This document shows, in pieces, positions 31,257 to 40,475 of a DNA stretch of 56,979 nt (its first letter is position 1; every line of letters starts with the position of its first letter). The notes under the pieces were generated by a model. The model was given only the letters and a program-made list of their open reading frames with translations, had not been told where the DNA came from and ran no database searches. Location of the stretch: NCBI GenBank assembly GCA_001603415.1, contig LUYY01000022.1:1-56979 (forward strand), read 5' to 3'. Made by a program: the position numbers and the translations under genes. Source of the stretch: Bacteroidales bacterium Bact_07. Lineage in GTDB: Bacteria; Bacteroidota; Bacteroidia; Bacteroidales; Tenuifilaceae.

Positions 31257-31829
31257 TTATTCAATTCTGAAAACCTGATTATTTTCAAGTTTATACTTTT
31301 GTCCACTCTCGGGGCATACGGCAATGCCCTCGGCATTAAACACCAAACGATGCCCATACTCACTCATCCATCCTATTTGTCGGGCTGGATTACCCACCAC
31401 AAGAGCATAGGGCTTTACGTCCTTAGTTACCACTGCGCCGGCACCAATAAACGAGAATTCGCCTAAGGTTACTCCACATACAATGGTTGCATTTGCACCA
31501 ATGGTGGCGCTTCGTTTAACCAGAGTGGTCATATACTCACTCTTCCGATTAATAGCGCTACGTGGATTTATCACATTGGTGAAAACCATTGAAGGTCCAA
31601 GGAAAACATCGTCCTCGCAGATAACGCCTGTGTAAATAGAAACGTTATTTTGGACTTTAACGTTTCTACCCAATTTAACCCCAGGGGAAACAACCACATT
31701 TTGCCCAATATTACAGTTTTCGCCAATTTCGCAGCCAGTCATTATATGGCTGAAATGCCAAATTTTAGTACCTGTACCAATCGCACAACCCGGGTCGATA
31801 ACTGCTGTTTCGTGGGCAAAGTAGCTCAT
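31257..31829 (-). CDS. wbpD: hexapeptide-repeat N-acetyltransferase (WbpD/WlbB-like)
   Basis: [36 protein letters not shown]. Confidence 0.9.
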   Translation of the reverse strand: MSYFAHETAVIDPGCAIGTGTKIWHFSHIMTGCEIGENCNIGQNVVVSPGVKLGRNVKVQNNVSIYTGVICEDDVFLGPSMVFTNVINPRSAINRKSEYMTTLVKRSATIGANATIVCGVTLGEFSFIGAGAVVTKDVKPYALVVGNPARQIGWMSEYGHRLVFNAEGIAVCPESGQKYKLENNQVFRIE

Positions 31830-31856
31830 TTCCATAACCAAAAATTTAATCCAAAA

Positions 31857-32990
31857 TTACTCTTTTAGTGCTACCATTAAATTATCAACGATATATTTTA
31901 TAACATCATCGGTTAATTCGGTATGCATTGGAAGCGAAATCACCGAGTTCGAAAGAGTGTCGGAAACCTGAAACGATCGACCTAAGTTAAACTCACGATA
32001 TGGATCAAAAGCTTTTTGCATGTGAAGGGGAATTGGATAGTAAACCATGGTAGGAATGCCTTTAGCAGCCAATTCCTTTTGCAATTTATCGCGATCGACA
32101 CCGGTAAGCTTCAGGGTGTACTGATGAAAAATATGGTTGCTCCATTTAGCGCGGGCTGGGGTAATAACCTTACTGCAAGGTTTTAGCATTGCATCGTAAA
32201 CATTTGCAGCCTCAATACGGGCTTTATTGAATGAATCAAGGTATTTTAACTTAACCCTAAGAATGGCAGCCTGAATGGTATCGAGACGGGAGTTAACACC
32301 TATACGGTCGTGATGGTAACGCACCTTCATGCCATGGTTGGCTATTGAACGGATTTCGGCTGCCAAAGCATCATCGTTGGTAAAAAGGGCACCACCATCG
32401 CCATAGCATCCCAGATTTTTTGAAGGGAAAAACGATGTTGTACCAATAGTGCCTATGGTTCCTGCCTTAGCAACTCTACCATCGGAATGGTAGTAATCGG
32501 CCCCCAAGGCTTGGGCTGTATCTTCAATAACGTAAAGATTATGCTTTTGGGCTACACGCATCACTTCATCCATGTTGGCACACTGCCCAAATAGGTGAAC
32601 GGGAATAATTGCTTTAGTTTTGGGGGTTATGGCTTCCTCTAACCTTTTTATATCGATAGTAAAGGTAGATGGATCAACATCGACAAGAATTGGAGTAAGG
32701 CCAAGAAGTGCAACTACTTCAACCGTGGCAATAAAAGTAAAGTCGGGCGTGATAACTTCATCGCCCGGTTTTAAATCGAGTGCCATTAGCGCAACCTGTA
32801 GGGCATCGGTTCCATTGGCACAGCCAATTACATGCTTAACACCAAGGTACGAAGCCAATTCATCCTGAAACAAACTAACCTCTTTCCCTTTAATGAAAGC
32901 TGTACTGTCGATAACTTCCTGAATGGCAGCATCAATCTCATCTTTTATCTTTAGATACTGCCCCTTTAGGTCGCACATCTGGATGTTCAT
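31857..32990 (-). CDS. DegT/DnrJ/EryC1/StrS aminotransferase (WbpE-like)
   Basis: NGTDAL, IEDTAQ, SFFPSKNLGCYGDGG, NSRLDTIQAA. Confidence 0.93.
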   Translation of the reverse strand: MNIQMCDLKGQYLKIKDEIDAAIQEVIDSTAFIKGKEVSLFQDELASYLGVKHVIGCANGTDALQVALMALDLKPGDEVITPDFTFIATVEVVALLGLTPILVDVDPSTFTIDIKRLEEAITPKTKAIIPVHLFGQCANMDEVMRVAQKHNLYVIEDTAQALGADYYHSDGRVAKAGTIGTIGTTSFFPSKNLGCYGDGGALFTNDDALAAEIRSIANHGMKVRYHHDRIGVNSRLDTIQAAILRVKLKYLDSFNKARIEAANVYDAMLKPCSKVITPARAKWSNHIFHQYTLKLTGVDRDKLQKELAAKGIPTMVYYPIPLHMQKAFDPYREFNLGRSFQVSDTLSNSVISLPMHTELTDDVIKYIVDNLMVALKE

Positions 32991-32997
32991 AGACTAA

Positions 32998-33110
32998 AAG
33001 GTTAAAAGTTCGAGGTTCAAGGTTCAAGGTTCGAGGTTCAAGGTTCGAGGTTAAGGGTTAAGGGTTTAAAGTTTCAACCTAAACACTAAACCCCAAAACC
33101 CCAAACACTG
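32998..33110 (-). repeat. back-to-back inverted heptamer arrays forming a predicted hairpin, with no cargo gene
   Basis: on +, ~11 AGGTTC(A/G)-like units (32998-33075) abut ~5 AAACCCC/AAACACT-like units (33076-33110). Confidence 0.9.
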
Positions 33111-33116
33111 AGATCG

Positions 33117-34652
33117 CTACTTTGCGTAGCTAATAGCTCGTGTTTCACGGATTACGGTGATTTTAACCTGACCTGGATAGGTCATCTCATCCTGTATCTT
33201 TTTGGCAATCTCAAACGAGAGCTTGTTGGCATCCTCGTCCGAAACCTTTTCGCTACCAACAATCACACGTAATTCCCTACCGGCCTGGATAGCGTATGTT
33301 TTAAGTACACCGGGGTACGAAAGAGCAAGGTCTTCCATCTCCTTTAAGCGCTTGATATACGATTCCACAACCTCGCGGCGGGCACCTGGGCGTGCACCTG
33401 AAATAGCGTCGCAAACCTGCACAATGGGTGCAATAAGAGTAGTCATCTCTACCTCATCGTGGTGCGAGCCAATGGCATTGCAAACCTCGGGTTTCTCCTT
33501 GTATTTCTCGGCTAGTTTCATACCAAGAATTGCGTGTGGTAGTTCGGGTTCATCATCGGGCACCTTGCCTATATCGTGCAGTAATCCGGCACGTTTGGCA
33601 ACCTTAGGATTAAGGCCCAACTCCGAAGCCATTATGGCACAAAGGTTAGCCACCTCCCGGGAGTGCTGTAACAGGTTTTGTCCGTATGACGAGCGGTATT
33701 TCATTTTACCTACCAAACGAATAAGTTCAGGGTGTAAGCCATGGATACCCAAATCGATTGCGGTACGCTTACCAACCTCAATAATTTCCTCCTCAACCTG
33801 CTTTTGAACTTTTTGAACTACCTCCTCAATGCGGGCGGGGTGAATACGACCATCGGTCACGAGCTGATGAAGCGCAAGACGGGCAATTTCACGACGTACG
33901 GGATCGAAAGCCGAAAGAATAATGGCCTCAGGGGTATCGTCAACAATAATTTCAACACCTGTAGCAGCCTCCAAAGCTCTGATATTACGTCCCTCACGAC
34001 CAATGATACGTCCTTTGATTTCGTCGGAATCGATATTGAAAACCGTTACCGAGTTTTCAATTGCTGTTTCGGTTGCAACACGCTGTATGCTTTGAACCAC
34101 AATCCGCTTAGCCTCTTTGGTGGCAGTCATCTTAGCTTCATCAACAATCTCGTTGATATACGACATGGCCTGAGTACGAGCCTCGGCCTTGAGCGAATCA
34201 ATGAGTTGAGCCTTAGCCTCCTCGGCCGAGAGGCCGGATATGGCTTCAAGTCGCTCAATTTGATCCTTGTGCATGCGCTCGAGTTCATCACTCCGCTTTT
34301 CTACCAATTCCATTTGGCTCGAGAGATTCTCGCGAATCACATCAACCTCCTTCTGTTTACGCTGAAGCTCCTCGAACTTTTGCGATAGCTGAAGTTCGCG
34401 CTGTTTGATTTTGGTTTCGGCCTGAGCAATCCGATTATTTTTCTCGGAAATAACCTTATCGTGTTCGGTTTTAAGTTGAAGGAACTTTTCCTTAGCCTGT
34501 AAAATCTTTTCCTTACGGATAACTTCGGCCTCGGCTTCGGCCTCCTGAATAATCTTATTGCGCTTACTGGCCAAAAGTTTATTCCACATGAAGTACGACA
34601 GTAATCCCCCTAGGGAAAAAGCCGAAACTGCAATTATTATTGTTAACACCAT
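33117..34652 (-). CDS. rny: ribonuclease Y
   Basis: N-terminal TM, coiled coil, KH ([12 protein letters not shown]), HD (LLHDIGK), AIQAGRE. Confidence 0.97.
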   Translation of the reverse strand: MVLTIIIAVSAFSLGGLLSYFMWNKLLASKRNKIIQEAEAEAEVIRKEKILQAKEKFLQLKTEHDKVISEKNNRIAQAETKIKQRELQLSQKFEELQRKQKEVDVIRENLSSQMELVEKRSDELERMHKDQIERLEAISGLSAEEAKAQLIDSLKAEARTQAMSYINEIVDEAKMTATKEAKRIVVQSIQRVATETAIENSVTVFNIDSDEIKGRIIGREGRNIRALEAATGVEIIVDDTPEAIILSAFDPVRREIARLALHQLVTDGRIHPARIEEVVQKVQKQVEEEIIEVGKRTAIDLGIHGLHPELIRLVGKMKYRSSYGQNLLQHSREVANLCAIMASELGLNPKVAKRAGLLHDIGKVPDDEPELPHAILGMKLAEKYKEKPEVCNAIGSHHDEVEMTTLIAPIVQVCDAISGARPGARREVVESYIKRLKEMEDLALSYPGVLKTYAIQAGRELRVIVGSEKVSDEDANKLSFEIAKKIQDEMTYPGQVKITVIRETRAISYAK

Positions 34653-34688
34653 ACTTAATGAATTTTTTAGATTTATATATATAAAAAA

Positions 34689-34880
34689 CCCGCATTATGC
34701 CTTAATTTTATGTAGAAACCCCAGTCAAACATGGGTGGAGAGGCCATCCGATTCAGACTACCAGCGTCTCCCTGAGGAGATCCCGAACAAGCGGTAAACA
34801 GGCCTGTCTTGTGCGGAGCAAGTCCTACTCCAATTTTTGTAGTGTTGAGTTTCGCAAAAACGTTAAGGCGATAATGCGGG
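34689..34880 (-). ncRNA. ssrS: 6S RNA
   Basis: 192 nt closed by a terminal stem CCCGCATTAT-GCCTTAA / TTAAGGC-g-ATAATGCGGG; typical position downstream of zapA. Confidence 0.8.
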
Positions 34881-34885
34881 CAATG

Positions 34886-35194
34886 CTATTTGAAAGAACT
34901 CATGTTTTGCTTACCAATGAATGAACCCAGCCAATCATCCAAATCCTTCAAATCGCTAACAAACTCCGAGGTATCGGTTTTATCCTCGCACTCTATCAGC
35001 TTTATGACGAACTGTAGTGCTGCCATTGCCAAATAATCATGAACATCCTTATCGCTATACCTTTGCTTGTAAAGTATAACCTTATCGTTTATCAATTTAG
35101 CAGCCCTACGGATTTTTTCCTCATCATCTCTATCGATTTTGAGAGGATACAACCTTTCGGCTACGTTTACATTAATTGATAACTTTTCGTCCAT
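34886..35194 (-). CDS. zapA: cell division protein ZapA
   Basis: INVNVAERLYPLKI..EEKIRRAAKLIN..LAMAALQ; synteny with rny. Confidence 0.9.
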   Translation of the reverse strand: MDEKLSINVNVAERLYPLKIDRDDEEKIRRAAKLINDKVILYKQRYSDKDVHDYLAMAALQFVIKLIECEDKTDTSEFVSDLKDLDDWLGSFIGKQNMSSFK

Positions 35195-35210
35195 TCGGCA
35201 GCGCTAGGTT

Positions 35211-35504
35211 CTATTTATTAAGTAAAGCAATACACCTGTCAATTTCCCGCACAATCCGGTTCACCTTAATTTTTGCCTCATGCACATCGGCATCGCTTGC
35301 TTTCAGTGCCTTGGCAATCTTTAACCGGGAATACCGCTCCTCAAGCTCTGCACAAGCCTCTTCTTTTGCTTTTAATTTAGCTTCAAGCTGAGCAACCTGT
35401 GCTTTCAAACGGTCGTTCTCCTGTTTTTCTCTTTCATACATAAAAACAAGAGTTTGAACCTTTTGTTTAATGTTGTCGATTATATGGCTTGAAGAATCGT
35501 TCAT
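35211..35504 (-). CDS. coiled-coil protein upstream of zapA (ZapB-like)
   Basis: all coiled coil, ends IVREIDRCIALLN; conserved position. Confidence 0.8.
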   Translation of the reverse strand: MNDSSSHIIDNIKQKVQTLVFMYEREKQENDRLKAQVAQLEAKLKAKEEACAELEERYSRLKIAKALKASDADVHEAKIKVNRIVREIDRCIALLNK

Positions 35505-35705
35505 ATCCCAGATAAAGTTCTACAAAGTTAAACAAACCAACTACAAAAAACAAATCTTTAAACAATTTTTAAAATCGGCGACACAGCACAATCAATCATA
35601 TTAATAATGAAATATTTACGCCCTGCGCCTCAATAATTTTGCTTTATTAAAACGATTTTAGCCATCACCAAAGGGTAAGCTTTTATATATTTGGGAGATT
35701 TTAAA

Positions 35706-37406
35706 ATGAAGCCAATGAGGTTTTACAGGGTTGCTATTCTGCTGTTGCTTTCATCAGCTAGTATTGCACAAACACAATTATTTAAATCGCCACTAGATAT
35801 ATCACCAGCCTTTTCCGGTACTTTTGGAGAAATACGCTCAGACCATTTCCACTCTGGGGTTGACCTTCGCACCATGGGGCAGGTGGGTTTTAACGTTTTT
35901 GCCATTGAAAAGGGTTTTGTTTCGAGGATTAAAGTCAGTCCCATAGGGTTTGGAAAAGTAATATACATCGATCATCCTAATGGTAAAACGTCGGTGTATG
36001 CCCATCTAAATGAGTTCACGGGGAAAATTGCCGAGTATGTTGAGAATGCCCAATACCAAAAGCAATCGTTCGAGGTTGAACTTTTCCCAAATCCAGGAGA
36101 ACTACCGGTAAATAAAGGCGATATTATTGCCATATCGGGCAATAGTGGCAGTTCCGGTGGGCCACACCTGCACTTTGAGTTGCGCGAAACTGCAACGCAG
36201 CGAATAATTGATCCATTTGACTACTTTGATGAGTGGAAGCAAACCGATAGTAATCCCCCATACATTAACCGTTTACTAGTTTTCGAAATCGATAGCCTAA
36301 CTTACCTGCAAAGTAATTTAACCTATAAGCCCTATGAAACAGCCCGAAAGGGCAATGCTTTCTCGCTGCCATCGCCCATTTACGCTAGTGGAAAAGTTGG
36401 GCTTGCCCTCGATTACTACGATACTGTGAACCCTAACAGCTTAAGAGCAGGTATCAAGAAGGCCGAGGTAAAAGTAAATGGTGTCAAAACATTTGCTTTT
36501 CAGGTTGATAAGTTTTCGTTCCTGGAAACACGCTACGCCAATGGCTTTAATGGCATAACCGATAATGAGTGGAATGGCTATAAAGCGATTCGGCTATGGG
36601 TCGATCCAAACAATAGGTTTACAGGTATTCAGAACGTTTTTAACCGTGGAATTATTGATATTGTAAAGGATAGCACATACAATTTGGAAATTATGGTATG
36701 GGATCATTCGGGCAACAGTAGTAAATTGACTTTTAAAATAATCGGAACCGATAAAAAAGTTATATCATCCCAGTTTCCTGATTTGCCTCTTTTTAGGTGG
36801 GATGTTGAGAATCGCTATAAAACCAGTAGTTACCATGTTACCTTACCCGAGAATGCTTTATTCCACGATATACTCTTTCAGATGGACGAAACCACAACAC
36901 CTAACCTCCCTTTCCCTATTGTAAACGTACACTACCCCAAAACTAAGCTTTTCAAAAAATTCATTTTAGATTACAATATCACTGATGTTCCCCAAAATAT
37001 AGTAGGGAAAATCTACCTTGCAAAAGTAAATGGGAAGGGATACGAATATGTAGGAAGCGAACTCACCAAGAACAGTCTCAGGGCTCTTTGCAATAGTTTT
37101 GGCAAATACACCGTGCTGGTGGACACTATACCCCCATCGATTATTGCCCAAAACCTTTTGCCCAATGCAAAAATCAACAACCAAAGCAGCATCAACTTTA
37201 AACTAATTGATAGCACAGGCATTCAAACATATAATGGCTACATTGATGATAGTTGGGCTTTATTTGAATGGGACCCCAAAACGGGAGTTCTATCGCATAA
37301 TCTCAAACACACTAGAATAAAAAAAGGGCAATGGCACGAGTTGAGAATTGTTGTAACCGATATGTTAAACAATCGTTCAGAGTTTAGTACCAAATTTTTC
37401 TGGTAA
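35706..37406 (+). CDS. M23 family metallopeptidase
   Basis: HFHSGVD, YAHL, GPHLHFE; signal peptide; TATATTTG box at 35686-93 overlaps the listed TTG start. Confidence 0.9.
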   Translation: MKPMRFYRVAILLLLSSASIAQTQLFKSPLDISPAFSGTFGEIRSDHFHSGVDLRTMGQVGFNVFAIEKGFVSRIKVSPIGFGKVIYIDHPNGKTSVYAHLNEFTGKIAEYVENAQYQKQSFEVELFPNPGELPVNKGDIIAISGNSGSSGGPHLHFELRETATQRIIDPFDYFDEWKQTDSNPPYINRLLVFEIDSLTYLQSNLTYKPYETARKGNAFSLPSPIYASGKVGLALDYYDTVNPNSLRAGIKKAEVKVNGVKTFAFQVDKFSFLETRYANGFNGITDNEWNGYKAIRLWVDPNNRFTGIQNVFNRGIIDIVKDSTYNLEIMVWDHSGNSSKLTFKIIGTDKKVISSQFPDLPLFRWDVENRYKTSSYHVTLPENALFHDILFQMDETTTPNLPFPIVNVHYPKTKLFKKFILDYNITDVPQNIVGKIYLAKVNGKGYEYVGSELTKNSLRALCNSFGKYTVLVDTIPPSIIAQNLLPNAKINNQSSINFKLIDSTGIQTYNGYIDDSWALFEWDPKTGVLSHNLKHTRIKKGQWHELRIVVTDMLNNRSEFSTKFFW

Positions 37407-37440
37407 TTGCTATTTTTGACATCCTAAATCGAACTGAACT

Positions 37441-38322
37441 TTGATAACCGTTTTTTACTTCATACTATTCATTATATCGATTGTGATTGTCGCAATACTT
37501 CCGTGGTGGCTTATTTACGGATACAGCAACCTAATGGCAAAGCTATTGCACGATGTTTTGAGATACCGCGTGAAAGTTACCCGAAGCAACTTACGATTAG
37601 CTTTCCCCGAAAAGAGTGAAGAAGAACTGGTTGCCATTGAAAAAAAATCGTACCAAAATCTTGCCGACATTTCAGTTGAAGCCCTTAAAGGCTTTACCAT
37701 GCGGAATTCTGCAATAAGGGAACGCCATAAAATTCTTAATCCGGAGTTGCTCGATTACTACTATGAACGGAAACAAAGCATAATTGGTGTTGCAGGTCAC
37801 ATAAGCAACTGGGAATGGGGAGCCCTTTCGGCCGGCATTCAGCTAAAGCATCACCCTGTAGCAATATACAAACCACTAAGCAATAAACTTATAGATTGGT
37901 TCATTAAATGGAACAGGTCAATCAGGGGAACCGAACTGGTACCTACAAATCAAACATACGAAACCTTTCGGAAATATAAGAACAAGGCCTGTATATACAT
38001 TCTGGTTGCCGACCAAAGCCCATCGAATGTATCGAAAGCCTACTGGATAAACTTTTTCAATCAGGAAACTGCTTGCATTCATGGACCAGAGAAATATGCT
38101 AAAATGTATAACTATCCGGTTGTTTACATCGATATAAAAAGAGTTCAAAGGGGGTACTATACCGTAGAATTGAGCGTTTTATGCGATAAGCCAAACGAAA
38201 TGAAGGATGGAGAGCTTACGGCAGTTTACATGCATAAACTCGAAGAAAGTATAAGACAAAACCCTGAAAGCTGGTTATGGACTCATAGGCGTTGGAAAAG
38301 AAAAAGAGCCAATGCAGTATAG
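37441..38322 (+). CDS. lipid A acyltransferase (LpxL/HtrB family)
   Basis: GHISNWE, ADQSP, PESWLWTHRRWK. Confidence 0.9.
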   Translation: MITVFYFILFIISIVIVAILPWWLIYGYSNLMAKLLHDVLRYRVKVTRSNLRLAFPEKSEEELVAIEKKSYQNLADISVEALKGFTMRNSAIRERHKILNPELLDYYYERKQSIIGVAGHISNWEWGALSAGIQLKHHPVAIYKPLSNKLIDWFIKWNRSIRGTELVPTNQTYETFRKYKNKACIYILVADQSPSNVSKAYWINFFNQETACIHGPEKYAKMYNYPVVYIDIKRVQRGYYTVELSVLCDKPNEMKDGELTAVYMHKLEESIRQNPESWLWTHRRWKRKRANAV

Positions 38323-38383
38323 CAAATCCGAACTGGTTCACTTTTTGCTAAGTTTTATGTATATTTGAAAAAAATAGTTAGCC

Positions 38384-39079
38384 ATGAGAAGATTTATTCC
38401 GGTTTTGTTGACAACAGTATTTTTTATCCTTAATAATCAGGCATTTGCCCAAAAATATAGAAACAAAGAAGTAGCACTTATTTACTTCAAGGTAAATATT
38501 GATCCGGGATACCATGCCAAGTTTAGTGAGTATGCCCACCTTTTCCGTGAACCGGTTAAACCTCAACAGGACAGGGTTATAGGTCATTTAACTGCTGATA
38601 TTTGGGATATTGTTAAGCAAAGATTAACCGAAGATGTTGGAATGAATATTTTGCCCCTTGATGCTTATGGCGATAAATTCTCATACGACCACTACGGATT
38701 TCCCAATACTAGCATTAATAGGGCACTACAAAAAGGCAATTCAAAGTTTTATATCAGCATTGATGTGGATATAAGCCCAGAATTCTCATCGAAATACATT
38801 ACCAAAACCTCAGCCGACACCTCGCCACAGGTTATTCAACTGGCAACCAATGAGATTAAGCCACGAGTTATCATTAAAATGAACATTTACAACGATAAAG
38901 GTATTATACCAGTAGCCAATACAAAGGGCGAGGCCATGGAGACCAAAGTGATAACCCTGAGCGAAAAGTATTTCGATGGATTTGTTAACCCTAACATTAA
39001 CGCGCCATACGAAACTCTTTACAAACTGGTTAACCAGGCAGTTAAGGAACTGGTTTTAAGTGTGTATTCCAAAAAGTAA
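38384..39079 (+). CDS. exported hypothetical protein
   Basis: signal peptide (..NNQAFAQ); TAATG stop/start coupling with anmK. Confidence 0.8.
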   Translation: MRRFIPVLLTTVFFILNNQAFAQKYRNKEVALIYFKVNIDPGYHAKFSEYAHLFREPVKPQQDRVIGHLTADIWDIVKQRLTEDVGMNILPLDAYGDKFSYDHYGFPNTSINRALQKGNSKFYISIDVDISPEFSSKYITKTSADTSPQVIQLATNEIKPRVIIKMNIYNDKGIIPVANTKGEAMETKVITLSEKYFDGFVNPNINAPYETLYKLVNQAVKELVLSVYSKK

Positions 39080-40158
39080 TGCATTCCCAGAACAAGGCTT
39101 CACATTTTAGAATGATTGGTGTTATGTCGGGCACTTCGCTCGACGGCCTTGACATTTGTTACTGCACCTTCCAAGGCATTGATGGAAAATGGAAGTATTC
39201 CATTTTATCTGCCGAAACCCTTAAGTATCCTAAAGAAATCACCAGCCAACTAAAGGAAGCCCATAAATACAGTGCCGAACAGATAACCGCCCTTGATTTT
39301 AGCTATGGGAAATTCATAGGCCAACAGGTAAAGCATTTTGTGGCAAAACATAAAGCAGAAGCCGATTATATAGCATCGCATGGGCATACCATATTTCATA
39401 ACCCCGAGGCCGGATATACCCTTCAAATTGGTAAAGGTTCAGCAATTGCAGCAATTGCAGGAATACCCTGCATATCCGATTTTCGTTCGGGCGATGTCTC
39501 ACGGGGAGGGCAAGGTGCGCCTCTGGTGCCCATTGGCGATAAATTACTTTTCCACGAGTTTGATATCTGCCTTAACTTGGGTGGCATAGCCAACATTAGC
39601 TACGATGACACCAGGGGAAACCGTTTGGCATACGACATCAGCGTATGCAATATGCTACTTAACCACCTCGCAGGATTAGCAGGAAAAGAATACGATTTTA
39701 ACGGAAAAATTGGGAAAGACGGTCAGCTTATTCCCCAAATGTTTCAGGAACTGGAAAGCCTTTTATACTATTCTTTACCTTCGCCAAAGTCATTGGGCAG
39801 GGAGTGGTTCGAGAGCCATATCATCCCTATTCTAATTAAATATAGTTCATATCCGCTCGCAAACCAAATGCGAACTGCATACGAACATATTGCCAACAGA
39901 ATAGCTTACGATTGCAATGCATTGGAAAAGAAAAGCATACTGGCCACAGGCGGAGGCGCAAAGAATGAATTCTTAATGGAATTGATCCGAGAAAAAGCCA
40001 AAGCATTAATTACTATCCCCGATAGCAACACAATCGATTTTAAGGAAGCTCTGATTTTTGGTTTTCTGGGTGTGCTTTACCTACTTAAAGAATCGGGGGC
40101 ATTGGCTTCGGTTACTGGCGCAAATAGCAATTCCATTGCCGGCTGCCTTTACTATTAA
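39079..40158 (+). CDS. anmK: anhydro-N-acetylmuramic acid kinase
   Basis: IGVMSGTSLDGLD, ASHGHT, GGQGAPLVP, NLGGIANI, PKSLGRE, KEAL. Confidence 0.96.
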   Translation: MHSQNKASHFRMIGVMSGTSLDGLDICYCTFQGIDGKWKYSILSAETLKYPKEITSQLKEAHKYSAEQITALDFSYGKFIGQQVKHFVAKHKAEADYIASHGHTIFHNPEAGYTLQIGKGSAIAAIAGIPCISDFRSGDVSRGGQGAPLVPIGDKLLFHEFDICLNLGGIANISYDDTRGNRLAYDISVCNMLLNHLAGLAGKEYDFNGKIGKDGQLIPQMFQELESLLYYSLPSPKSLGREWFESHIIPILIKYSSYPLANQMRTAYEHIANRIAYDCNALEKKSILATGGGAKNEFLMELIREKAKALITIPDSNTIDFKEALIFGFLGVLYLLKESGALASVTGANSNSIAGCLYY

Positions 40159-40219
40159 ACTAAGTGCCATGAATTATCAAATTCATCCAGGCTAATAAAA
40201 ATGGGGGTGAATTAATAGA

Positions 40220-40247
40220 GGAATGATTCGGAATGATTCGGAATGAT
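40220..40247 (+). repeat. 10-nt tandem repeat GGAATGATTC x2.8
   Basis: read directly in the anmK/dipeptidase intergenic region. Confidence 0.7.
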
Positions 40248-40475
40248 AGAATGGGAGGGAATTGTAGTACATTAAACCGAAATGGGGATGGAGAAACATT
40301 TTTAGTTGAAATGATGCATTCTTAACTGCTCAATCGATTTATCCATATAAATCATACAGTTAGCCCCAAGTTAACACTAAATGTCAGTTTAGGTTTAAAG
40401 GCCATTAAACCAATCGCCCCAATTGTTATCAAAAAAATATTAGGTTTGTAAACATAAATTAAACTCAAAACGATT

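Noticed and set aside
33202-34388. Long antisense ORFs over rny, and similar ones over other housekeeping genes
   Set aside because: Shadow ORFs of well-supported genes on the opposite strand, with no motifs.
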